A stretch of 58,397 nucleotides of DNA. Source: Macrostomum lignano (lineage: Eukaryota). The first letter of the stretch is position 1, and each line of letters begins with the position of its first letter. The notes beneath the pieces were generated by a model that saw nothing but the letters and a program-made list of their open reading frames with translations, was not told the DNA's origin and did not search any database. Location: the NCBI GenBank assembly GCA_002269645.1, contig NIVC01004141.1, positions 1 to 58,397 on the forward strand, read 5' to 3'. The position numbers and the translations under genes are program-made. Positions 25,773-36,896 of this stretch are shown here, piece by piece.

Positions 25773-25884
25773 AATGTTTTCTTTGGATTAAAATCCACTC
25801 ATGAAACTCGCCTCAAGTTAGTGAACGTTTTTCTTTAGGTGAAAACAAGCTGCTAATTATGGACATAGCACCCCATGACAGGCC

Positions 25885-26150
25885 TCTCCCAGCTCTTAAC
25901 CCAGCAGCCAATCACAGACGCTTTTCTTATCTCAGTTCTACCCCCTCTGGTCCCCACCCCACACCAAGCCTCCCCCAACTCTTAACCCAGCAGCCAATCA
26001 TAGACGCCTTTCTTATCTCAGTTCTACCCGTCTGGTCCCCACCCCACACCAAGCCTCTCCGAGCTCGTAATCCAGCAGCCAATCATAGAACGCCTTTCTT
26101 ATCTCAGTTCTTCCCCCTATCGTTCCTGCCCACCTCACGCCAAGCCTAAT
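25885..26150. repeat. About 86-bp unit x3 downstream of the Tob stop
   Basis: Units start near 25892, 25979 and 26063, each with CAGCAGCCAATCA.AGA.CGC.TTTCTTATCTCAGTTCT. Confidence 0.85.
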
Positions 26151-27169
26151 AAAGCCTCCTCCAAGCCCGCAGCCAATCCGAGAAATCATAGAGAAAGTTT
26201 TCAGGGCCGGCTGCTTAGTTTATTTAAATTGGATGTCATTAAAAATTGTCGTGATTTTTATGACCTACTGCTGCATTCACTACGGTCGTTTATTTTCAGT
26301 TAAACTATTTATCATTACCGAGTCATCCTCTCTCTCTCTCGGGCCCTGGTTTTCCCTTGGACCATATTTTCAGTTTTCATACCATACTGCACTTGCTTTT
26401 GCTTTGGTTTACATTTCACTAACCCGATCTTGTTGCGTGTTCTGTGTCCATTGGTGACGGGAAGCAAAGGGAGTTTATCGTAGATGTTTTTCGTTTTTTC
26501 TATTTAAATTAGTTTTTTTAATTTGTGCCTCTTCAGTTTTGTGGTAGCGGCTCAGACCTGTGTTTTTCCGTCTGTATCTGTAACTTTTGACGCTTAGATC
26601 AGCCTGAATTTTGTAAGCAATGTTCCTGAAGCAAGTCTTTGTTTTTTCTACCGCTCTAGACAATAATCGCTTTCATTCAATTAGCTAAACTCTGCATAAA
26701 AATTGCATTGTCTTTGTTGTTTTTTTCTACAGACTTTGAGTTTGAAACGGGATGACGATGACATTTCAGCCAGTCCTCTAAATTCGGAGTCCATTTCCCT
26801 GTTTTTTAATAATTAAGGTTTGCAGCTGCAGGTGCCTGCAGATGTTGGACTGCAAGTGGGAATGCTAATTAAAGCGCAACTGTGACCTGAGGTTCGTTTT
26901 TTTCACCAATTTTCTAACGTTGTTTGTACCCGTCAGACAATAAATAATACAGTGTTTTCCACTTTTGTTAAGTGTCGGTTCAAGGCAACCATGTTTTGGC
27001 TAAATTGTTTCCGGAATTGTCTTTTTTTAATTACGACTTCTTTAATTTGCTTTGCTTGGCAACACAAAAACTGCAACTTTGGTTAGTGAAACTGAAGGCC
27101 GACATCAATTACGATATCAAAGTACGCTAATAGTTAAAAAAATTGAACCTCCTGAACCGGCTGAGAGCT

Positions 27170-27320
27170 GTGATGATGTTTCCTTCCAGTTGCTTCTAGA
27201 CTACGCGCAGAGGGTCCTTGTGTTTGGCTCACTTCAACTCACTGTTTGAGCGAATCCGTCAGCGTCCAGGTCTCGGCGTTGCAAAGCAGGACGGTCTCGG
27301 CCACCGCTTTTGCCTTCCAG
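27170..27320 (-). pseudogene. Fragment of a non-LTR retrotransposon ORF2 C-terminus (RTE-like), disrupted
   Basis: KAVAETVLLCNAETWTLTDSLKQ* resembles the post-RT motif ..ETVLLYGAETWTLT..L of RTE-type LINEs, followed by a stop and frameshift. Confidence 0.6.
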
Positions 27321-27535
27321 ATGCCGTCCTCTGGCGGTCGGGCAGGGTCTCCAGCATCCTCACAGAATGAAAGGCGACCCAGGCAAACCGCGACGATTCC
27401 GCAGATCCGCCAGGACGTCGAGAACCAGACCGCCGCCATGGAAGAGCTTCTACGGCAGATCAGAGCCACTACCCAATCACAGCAGGGTACAAATTGTATA
27501 CACGTGTCGTACGACCAGTCTACACGAATGTAAAG

Positions 27536-27753
27536 CAGGGGTCGTCAAATTCCGGCCTGCAAAGCCTCTCTATCCGGCCTTTGAAACTTCACAATTGCAA
27601 TCCGTCCCGCTCAAGGTTTGTGTCTGTTCTCAGCTCTCTTCTCTATTCTCTCTTCTCTTCTCTCTCCCCTCTTCTTTCTTCTCTCATCCTCTTCTCTCTC
27701 TACACTGTTCCCTCTCCATTCCTCTCATCTGGCCGATGTTTGCCGACCCCCTG
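27536..27753. mobile_element. hAT-type MITE, 218 bp
   Basis: TIRs CAGGGGTCGTCAAA and TTTGCCGACCCCCTG; interior shared with the 20662 copy. 8-bp flanks do not match, so no TSD. Confidence 0.65.
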
Positions 27754-28937
27754 CTGCAGTAAAAAAACCAAATAGCGGCTATTTATCATCCTGAGGCATT
27801 AGTTTATGCTTACGCAATTTTTGCCAAATCCAAACTGGCCGGACTTAAAATTGAAATTGAAATCATTGGAGCATTCAGTCGGGAGTTCAATCAGCGTTTC
27901 CTATATTTCCCCGAGGACAATTGTCCAGCCCCGCTGCCACTGCCAATAGTTCCTTGGCTGAGAGCGAGTTGTGTCCACACCGCCCACTGAGTCTAGAGCC
28001 CAGCTTAGCACAGCTGATGACCGGTTCACGTGAGTTGAGACGAAATCTCAAATATACTTCCTAACTCCCGCCTACACGGGCTCCACTCTTGGAGTGGACT
28101 CAAAGCTATGGGATCGGCTCTGCTGGGTCCTGCCGTGACGCAAATAAATATGCTTTTTTCCTCGGCCTTCCATACTAATATATTGCCTGCTTGCTTGCTG
28201 AGACTAGCTTTGGGAAGGGTGGGACAGGAGAGGAAAGGCTCGAAAAGGGGACTCACACACACACCGGTGGAAGAGCGTCATCTGCTGACAGCTCGGTCAG
28301 TCTGCTTCCTTATCTTTATTTCGTTCTCGCTTCTATGCAGCGACTTGCCGCAAGCTAACAGGTGGAGCGGACGCTAGGCCTGTAGTTGGAACTCAACTGG
28401 CGTGCAGTGCCATGGCCTCAGTCTAGTCCTGCTCTGCAGCGCATCAGCTGTTCACACAACTGCCCCTGTTCGCTTCCCGATTCCATTGACGCTTAACCAG
28501 AGTGCGAGCTTGCGGCCCCGTTCGCGACTTTCCCAGCTGACTCTGCGCTCTCTACGTAGCGCAATAATCGATCTGCATGGACTGCGGAGTTTTTGGAAAG
28601 GCTCAAGCAGACTGATTTTTTGAGTGAATTCGCTCAGGTCTGCAATCGATCTTCTTGGCGTAGGAGAAACCGGGGGGTTGACGGGAAATCTCCCCGGGCT
28701 CCTATCAGCTTTCGTGCGATTCCCGTATTGAATTACACCTTTACACCGATCTGGCGTGCTGAGAAATCTCTGGCCCAGTTTGCATTCTCTCTGACTGATG
28801 AGCTGAGATTCACCACGTGGACACGACTGCATATCGACTGGTCTGGAGATGCCTGCTCTCTGCGGCAGATTCTATTATATTGTGACCGCCTCCCACGGCA
28901 TGCATATTCATATTAAATATGGATTCTCATCTGTCAT

Positions 28938-29700
28938 AGTGTCTTAGTGTCTAGTGTCTAGTGTCTTAGTGTCTTAGTGTCTCAGTGCATAAGTGTCTTA
29001 GTTAGCGTCTTAGTTAGTGTCTTAGTGTCTTAGTTACCGTCTTAGTTAGCGTCTTAGTCAGTGTCTTAGAGTCTTGGTTAGTGTCTTAGTTAGTGTCTTA
29101 GAATCTTGGTTAGTGTCTTAGTGTCTTGGTTAGCGTCTTAGTTAGTGTCTTAGTGTCTTAGTTAGCGTCTTAGTTAGTGTCTTAGTGTCTTGGTTAGTGC
29201 CTTAGTGTCTTAGTTAGTGTTAGTGTCTTGGTTAGTGTCTTATTGTCTTGGTTAGTGTCTTATTGTCTTGATTAGTGTCTTTAGTGTCTTAGTTAGTGTC
29301 TTAGTTAGTGTCTTAGAGTCTTGGTTAGTTTCTTAGTGTCTTGGTTAGCGTCTTAGTATCTTGGTTAGTGTCTTAGTATCTTTGTTAGCGTCTTAGTATC
29401 TTGGTTAGCGTCTTAGTGTCTTGGTTAGCGTCTTAGTGTCTTGGTTAGCGTCTTAGTGTCTTGGTTAGCGCCTTAGTGTCTTAAATAGCGTCTTAGTGTC
29501 TTGGTTAGCGTCTTAGTGTCTTGGTTAGCGCCTTAGTGTCTTAAATAGCGTCTTAGTGTCTTGGTTAGCGTCTTAGTGTCTTGGTTAGCGTCTTAGTGTC
29601 TTGGTTAGCGTCTTAGTGTCTTAAATAGCGTCTTAGTGTCTTGGTTAGCGTCTTAGAGTCTTGGTTAGCGTCTTAGAGTCTTGGTTAGCGTCTTAGTGTC
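28938..29700. repeat. 8/12/20-bp compound minisatellite (GTCTTAGTGTCTTGGTTAGC)
   Basis: Direct reading. Confidence 0.95.
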
Positions 29701-30469
29701 GTTTGTCTTGCCTGTCTTAAAATAATCACCAAAAGAGATACGATCAGCTCCAGACTGTAGAATGCAACAAATACAGCTCCCAAATTAAAAGCTCGCACAC
29801 ACAATGTATTTCTGCGTCACGTGACTCGATGATCACCGAGCTAATATCGCAGTAAATTTTTTCCGTCCAAGGCTGAACCGGTCAGCGAGTCGAAGACAAC
29901 AGCCGAATTGCATTGATATCGATTGCTAGAGATATAGAGAGAGGTAAAAAGTCTACTCTTGCAACAGATGCTTAGTTACACTTCACTGTGCTTCTTACTA
30001 CTGTCCAATTATGCTGCAAGTAGCGAGTGGAGATCTTTGCAATGGAAACGGGAGAGAAAGATCTAAATTTTGCAATAATTTGAGTAAAATAGGATTGATG
30101 ATTTTTATTGTACATCACTTTACTTGAGTCTAAAAATACGATGGCGCGTATCCAGAGGAGAAGGGAAGTAGGGGAAACGAAAATTCTCTTGGGTTGTCTA
30201 AGAATCCCAAAATTGTTTTCAATGGCTTTAGCACCTTCAATGGGCCTGTCTTAAACCTCTGCCTTTAAGTGGCAACGAAGCTCTATTTAAATCCGTAGAA
30301 ACGGACAGGTGTAGAGATATGTAAGCGTAATAAAAATGACATGAGCTGTGGAAATTATGAGCAACGGGTTTCAGCTAAAAGATGCTTTGCATTGATGAAC
30401 GAAAATTAATGCAGATTTTTTTCAGTATACCTTTCGAGAGCCCACGTACTTAAGCTCAAAATATCACGT

Positions 30470-30757
30470 GACTCTAGTCAGTGCAGTCATCTAACCCTAG
30501 TCCAGCTAATCACGTGACTTCAATCGTCGAAGTTATCTGACCCTAGTCCAGCTAATCACGTGACTTCAATCGTCGAAATTATCTGACCCTAGTTCAGCTA
30601 ATCACGTGACTTCAATCGTCGAAGTTATCTGACCCTAGTTCAGCTAATCACGTGACTTCAATCAGTGAAGTTGTCTGACCCTAGTCCAGCTAATCACGTG
30701 ACTTCAATCAGTGAAGTTATCTGACCCTAGTCCAGCTAATCACGTGACTTCAATCAT
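30470..30757. repeat. 46-bp minisatellite x6, each unit with CACGTG
   Basis: CTGACCCTAGTCCAGCTAATCACGTGACTTCAATCGTCGAAGTTAT. Confidence 0.93.
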
Positions 30758-30901
30758 TGAGGTGAGGTGACACCCCAAATGCTTTCGCGTAACGCTAAGA
30801 GTAAAATTATAACAAAAAACCGGCCCTGAATCTGAACTTTTCCACCTAAACCTATTAAAGATCGGTTGGCTCATCTTTTTTAAAGAACTACAAATTCAAT
30901 T

Positions 30902-32146
30902 CTACTGCTGCGGCTGCTGCTGCTGCTTCATCAGCGGACAGTCGGCCACCAAGTGGCCCATGGAGCGGCACTGATAGCAGGACTTCGGCAGCGGGCCCGA
31001 AGGACAATCCGCCGCCATGTGATCCGAGAACTGGCCGCAGTTGTAGCACCTGGGAGACATGATGTTTGTAAATATTGCATTACACTTTGTTGACAAAAGC
31101 GTCACAAATCGTCAATCGTCAAATTGCAGTGGACTGTTGCTTCTATTTGCGGGCAGTGCCCGAAGCCCCACTGCTTACTAAATTTAGTCCCTTTGAATTA
31201 TTTTAATATAAGAAGTCTCCTTACGAAAGTTTATTTCGATACATATCGGCAAAATGTGTAATTCGCTCTCAATAAAGCTCACCGCATTCGCCGCTTCTTG
31301 CGCCCAGCCGGGCGTCGCTGGCTGCCAACACAGTCGACACCGTTAGGCCCGCAGACGAGCGTTGCTTCTTCGCCTTTATACGTCGTCCTGGACTCGAATT
31401 CCACCCGTTCGCCATCGCCAAGGCTACGAAATCCCGGCATCTGCAGGACTGACTGGAATTTATCAATGCAGACACTTGCACACAGTTATAATTACCAGTT
31501 AATCCTGATCTCGTACAATGGGAATCGTAGCAAAGTGGATATCGCATCGTTCTTATTGTCCAGGAGGACCCGCGTTCGATTCCCGGCTTGACCAAAGAAA
31601 GTTTGGCTGGCAAATTCCAAAGCCCTGCCCATTTGCTTTGGTTCACTCTCCTACAATAGCCGCAGAATAAAATTGGTACATCTGACGACACCATCTTACC
31701 TGGTGCACAAAGACTTCCGGTCCGCCATCGTCCGGCGTGATGAAACCGAAGCCCTTGATGACGTTGAACCACTTCACCCGGCCGAGTCGGCGGTCCACGC
31801 AGCTGCTGGACGGCCCGGGAGCGTTCGAACCGCACGGATGCTGCCCTGAAATTACGCACGGTTTCACAGTCCCAGTCACATATTCATTGTGGGATCACTA
31901 ATAAGAAATTATTGACACAACATATCGGCATATTCCTGATTGCACCCTCTGGACAGCGATAACTGTCAGGACTGGGGAGTGTTTGGTTTCCTTGCCATGT
32001 GGTGTCAAATAATAAGATTTCATTGAGCCACAATTATAGATTAGGTAGCAATACCTGCTTGCCATATCACATACTTGACTCAAAGAGATTCACTCTAGCA
32101 AAGTGAGATTCACAGAGCGGATTCGGCACTCACCGCCAGAGGTCAT
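30902..32146 (-). CDS. lin-28: Lin-28 homolog (cold-shock domain plus two CCHC zinc knuckles), 158 aa
   Basis: complement(join(30902..31049,31283..31452,31700..31845,32134..32146)), phases 1,0,2 consistent. [28 protein letters not shown]|[19 protein letters not shown]..; [15 protein letters not shown] and [14 protein letters not shown]. The 13-nt first coding exon is inferred from ATG plus GTGAGT donor in the required phase. Confidence 0.93.
31520..31594 (+). pseudogene. Degenerate tRNA-like sequence (SINE head or tRNA pseudogene) in lin-28 intron 2
   Basis: A-box-like TAGCAAAGTGG, B-box GTTCGATTCCC, ends CCA; acceptor and anticodon stems pair poorly. Confidence 0.45.
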
Positions 32147-33278
32147 GGACGCCTTGCCGCCTCGCAGCTGACAATCCAAAACTGCCAACACCTGTGAGCT
32201 CGATGAAATACCGCTAAGCAGCTGCTCAACTGAGACCACGGCCGAATGCTCCGAATGCTTCCTCCAACAGAAATTTAGCGCAGTCAGGGTGACAACCTTT
32301 TTTGGAAGCGTGCCAAAAAATGCTAATTCAACTATAAAAGGCGCACAAGGTAAACACGCTCGGTTCAACCGCGGTCGGCGGCTCTCCTTTATTTGTCAGC
32401 CGCTCGCCGTTCTGAATTGGTGGCGCCTGCCGCTCTCCAACCAGCGTTCGACCCAATGGGGGACTCCAGAGCCCTGCGACTCCAACCGCTGCCCCTCTGC
32501 GCCACACCTGGATCTTCTGGTCGACCACCGACATTGCCAACCGAACAACACCCAGTGTAAAGTCGACTATCTTGTGGCATCATAATATCTGTGTTTTGAC
32601 ATCACAATACTATCAAGTCAGTTGCTATCAATCTGAAATCTACTTCGGGTTCATTCCGGCTCCCCCTAATCCCCGAGAGCCGATTTCCTAGACTGTGCGC
32701 ATCCAGTTTTGGCATGCTGCCAGTTTTTACTGAGCAAACTCAAAGCGAATGAGCAGCTTTGCTTGCATTCTGACAATGACAAGCCTCAGCCTCCTGTTGC
32801 GCCTCTTCATCTTCTAAATAACCTGACTAGAGTCGATTGTCCTATTCATAACTACTCAACAGTCAGTGTCGCATCTCATCTGAGCGAGAGAGCCTCGAGA
32901 GTTGCGCTGCGCAAAAATTGCCGAAATTGGAATTGTGCCAAAAATGTAGCTCTCTGACGAGGGAAAATCCGCATGGGGGTGGGGGAGCCGGGGATTACTG
33001 AAGAGAGAGTCTGGAGCGTCAGGACCCCCCCAAGCTGACAAAAATTTGGCCAGAAATAGGCGCATGCTTCACAATTCTTTCAACTGCCGGGCATCTGATT
33101 AGTTAAAGTAAGGATGACTCAGTTTTAAAGTTGCAATAAAGTAGAGATCAGAAGATTTGACAGTCTTCAACTTTTCGAGAAAGCCTAACCAAACCGGTGT
33201 CAAGTCCAGAAAAGACTTATTTCTTTGCCAATCAAGCCATTGGCAGATTTTGAAAGGCAATGTTTACACACTTATCGA

Positions 33279-33996
33279 GGGATAGTGTCATTTGACTGCC
33301 ACATTTTAGATTAGGGTTAGAGTAAGGGATCAGGTTGGAGTAAGGTTTCGGTTTGGCTATCAAATCTCCCTTTGAGATGTCAAATCTCACTGACAGTGAA
33401 ATCTCATTAGCAGTCAAATCTCACTGGCAGTCAAATCTCACTGGCAGTCAAATCTCACTGGCAGTCAAATCTCACTGGCAGTCAAATCTCACTGGCAGTC
33501 AAATCTCACTGGCAGTCAAATCTCACTGGCAGTCAAATCTCACTGGCAGTCAAATCTCACTGGCAGTCTCCAATCTCTTTAGCAGTCAAATCTCACTGGC
33601 AGTCAAATCTCACTGGCAGTCAAATTTCTTTAGCAGTCAAATCTCACTGGCAGTCAAATCTCACTGGCAGTCAAATCTCACTGGCAGTCAAATCTCACTG
33701 GCAGTCAAATTTCTTTAGCAGTCAAATCTCACTGGCAGTCAAATCTCACTGGCAGTCTCCAATCTCTTTAGCAGTCAAATCTCACTGGCAGTCAAATCTC
33801 ACTGGCAGTCAAATCTCACTGGCAGTCAAATCTCACTGGCAGTCAAATCTCACTGACAGTCAAATCTCACTGGCAGTCAAATCTCACTGGTAGTCAAATC
33901 TCACTGGCAGTCAAATCTCACTGGTAGTCCAATCTCACTGGTAGTCAAATCTCACTGGCAGTCAAATCTCACTGGCAGTCAAATCTCACTGGCAGT
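33279..33996. repeat. 17-bp minisatellite (GGCAGTCAAATCTCACT) preceded by an inverted terminal copy; probable truncated foldback-family element
   Basis: Array about 33370-33996. GGGATAGTGTCATTTGACTGCC at 33279 contains the reverse complement of the unit core. Confidence 0.85.
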
Positions 33997-34844
33997 TAGA
34001 TTGCTGCAGTTAATTATCGTGGACTGACTTATCGAAATTTACCAAAAATGCTCGTAAATGAATAAATTCTAAAACTGCAATTAACTTGTTGTTAAGCATA
34101 TAATGGGCAAATTTCATTGGCTCAGTTTCCCAACCAGATGCTTGGATTGAGGCTTCCGCGAGTTGGGACAAGCATTGTAGGCCAAGGGGGTCGTCCTTTC
34201 GTGGGGGGGGGGGGGGGGAGCGTGCAAAGCGATAACGGGCGTGCACGCTATGAAGTAGTGTTATGGCATGAGTCACCCGGCGGCCTCCCCCTCCTCCTCT
34301 CGCCTCCCCTCTCCCCTCCTCTGCTGCATGACACACCCCCCTAGGCCTTCCATTTCCTAAGTCGAGGCTGGCAAGTACGCCCATACATTTGCTGCGGTAC
34401 ACTTATAGGCAATAGCCATGATTTCGACCTTAAAAGTGGGATTGAGGGGAGGAGAGAATTTCCGAGATTTCCGTGAATGAATACAAGAGATGCTAGTAGG
34501 GGGGTTTCCCAATTTTCTTGGTCCCTCTTTCACCGCGGTGCGTGGGTGGAAGACAAACTTCTTCTTTTCGTTTTACGCCTGGCATTGAGCCAAATTGATC
34601 CGAAAAAATTACTAGCTTAGCTAAGTATGAGCTAGTTTCCCTCGATTTAACAAAAAATTGCCTGTTGGATGACACAGCATCGTCTCCGGTGGACGCCTCC
34701 AAAGCAAATTTTCATTACTGTGGACTCGTAGTGGAGTTGCAGATACAAATTTTGGCTTCAAATATCGTTATTTGTTTCTTTTTTCCAACTTTTTTATAAG
34801 GTCATACGAGTATGTCATAAACTTCGAAATTTACCATCCTTTCA

Positions 34845-35452
34845 CAATGCCCAAGCTTCACAATGCCCAAGCTTCACAATCCCCAAGCTTCACAATCCCC
34901 AAGCTTCACAATGCCCAAGCTTCACAATCCCCAAGCTTCACAATCCCCAAGCTTCACAATCCCCAAGCTTCACAATCCCCAAGCTTCACAATGCCCAAGC
35001 TTCACATTCCCCAAGCTTCACAATGCCCAAGCTTCACAATACCCAAGCTTCACATTCCCCAAGCTTCACAATCCCCAAGCTTCGCAATGCCCAAGCTTCA
35101 CATTCCCCAAGCTTCACAATCCCCAAGCTTCACAATCCTCAAGCTTCACAATCCTCAAGCTTCACAATCAGCTTCACAATCCCCAAGCTTCACAATACAC
35201 CATCTCCAAGCTTCACAATACCCAAGCTTCACAATCCTCAAGCTTCACAATCCTCAAGTTTCACATTCCCCAAGCTTCACAATCCTCAAGTTTCACAATC
35301 CTCAAGCTTCACAATCCTCAAGTTTCACAATCCTCAAGCTTCACAATCCTCAAGCTTCACAATCCTCAAGCTTCACAATCTCAAAGCAAGCATCACAATC
35401 CCCAAGCATCACAATCCCCAAGCTTCACAATACCCAAGCTTCACAATCCCCA
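34845..35452. repeat. 16-bp minisatellite (CCCAAGCTTCACAAT plus C/G)
   Basis: Direct reading. Confidence 0.95.
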
Positions 35453-36321
35453 GTGGTTTTGATACGATCTTAAAAAGCTGTTTTGTTACTCGCAAATAAG
35501 CCTGTTTGATACATTAGACTACTGTTAGTAGGTAAAATGCATGTTTAGTAAGATCCTTTACATTAATATTTTGATGTCCTCCTAAAAGACAATTCGCTTA
35601 TGAAATAACCGGTAAGTCTTACAAAATCGATTCGTAAATAGTAGAATCGGAAAACGAACTTCTTTGTTTTGTTTTGAGTTCTTAAATTTTGAAAAACTAT
35701 TCAATTATAACTTTCTTACGAAAACGAATTTTCTATTCAGAAATTCGTTGGTCTACTTTTAATACGAGCTAAACCTTCCTAAAAAGTTCTCATGCCTTAA
35801 TCTAATGAGTAAGGAAAATAACGGTATGCTGGAAACAGCAGACCACCGGCATTCCAGTGATTGTCGGAAAGCCAGTTTTTGAAAGGGACGAGGTCGCCCC
35901 AGGGTGTCGGCCTACTCTCGCCGAATGCCCGCCGGTGTTTGCGATCTTCCCTGCTGTGACACGATCTGTGCTGTGAATAATATTCGCGTCAGTCGTGTAT
36001 TTGTTTTAAGAATCAAACAAAATATACGTATAATTTTAAGCCTTAAAGTTCTTTGCAAATGCTTAACTCCTAACTGATGGATCAATTTCATCGATTAAAG
36101 TGCATGCAGTCTGTACTACTCATGTAACGTATATTTTAAAACGTGCTTGAACTTCTAAAAGCAATATATATTAATTATTGGAAATAAGCGAAAATAAGAG
36201 ATTTGTATGTCAACACGTGTATAGCCAGCACTGCTTCTAGGGCCAGTTCTAAACTGGTGGAAAGAAAAATATATGGGCGAGCAAAGAGATATATTGAATG
36301 GGAAACTTGTGAATTTCGAGA

Positions 36322-36340
36322 AACAGACAGACAGACACTA

Positions 36341-36381
<41 letters not shown>

Positions 36382-36532
36382 CTAAGACAAGCAGGCAGAC
36401 AGACACTAAGACAGACAGACACACAGATAGACAGACAGACACTAAGACAAGCAGGCAGACAGACAGACAGACAGACACTAAGACAGACAGACACACAGAC
36501 AGACACTAAGACAAGCAGGCAGAGAGACAGAC
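36322..36532. repeat. (AGAC)n compound microsatellite
   Basis: Direct reading. Confidence 0.93.
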
Positions 36533-36896
36533 AGGTATGTACATGAACTAGCCAAACAGATCATTTGGAGCATAATAGAAAGACACAGACTGTTCAAACG
36601 CTGGCAAGGTGGAGCAATGGAGGCAAAAATTGTGTACATACGCTCGTATAGTAAAATATACTCAAAATGACAACAGGTCAGCAAAGTGGAATATACTGTA
36701 GTTGCCTGGCAAAGTCACGCATCAACGGCGCCAAGTGTTTTTGTTAACACGCGAAATCTGCGGCTAGAAACGAACCAAACAGGCTCGAACAGTCTTCAAC
36801 AGTAGAGTAGTGGTAGAGCAGTGGAAAGAAAGAACGCATTTTGTGGTTCAACGCGGCCAAAGGCTGTGTGTGGAACGGGTGGGGGAACTGCCAGTT

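Noticed and set aside
28570-28620. Zinc-knuckle-like ICMDCGVFGKAQAD* suggesting a gag remnant
   Set aside because: Both the His and the last Cys are missing and no other retroelement motif supports it.
30300-30901. let-7 or lin-4/miR-125 seed sites in the lin-28 3' UTR
   Set aside because: No TGAGGTAG or TCCCTGAG seen on the + strand here; only near-misses (TGAGGTGA, CCCTGAA).
31520-31594. Functional tRNA gene; also B-box-like remnants near 15725, 16055 and 41100
   Set aside because: Stems do not pair into a cloverleaf; treated as SINE heads or pseudogenes.
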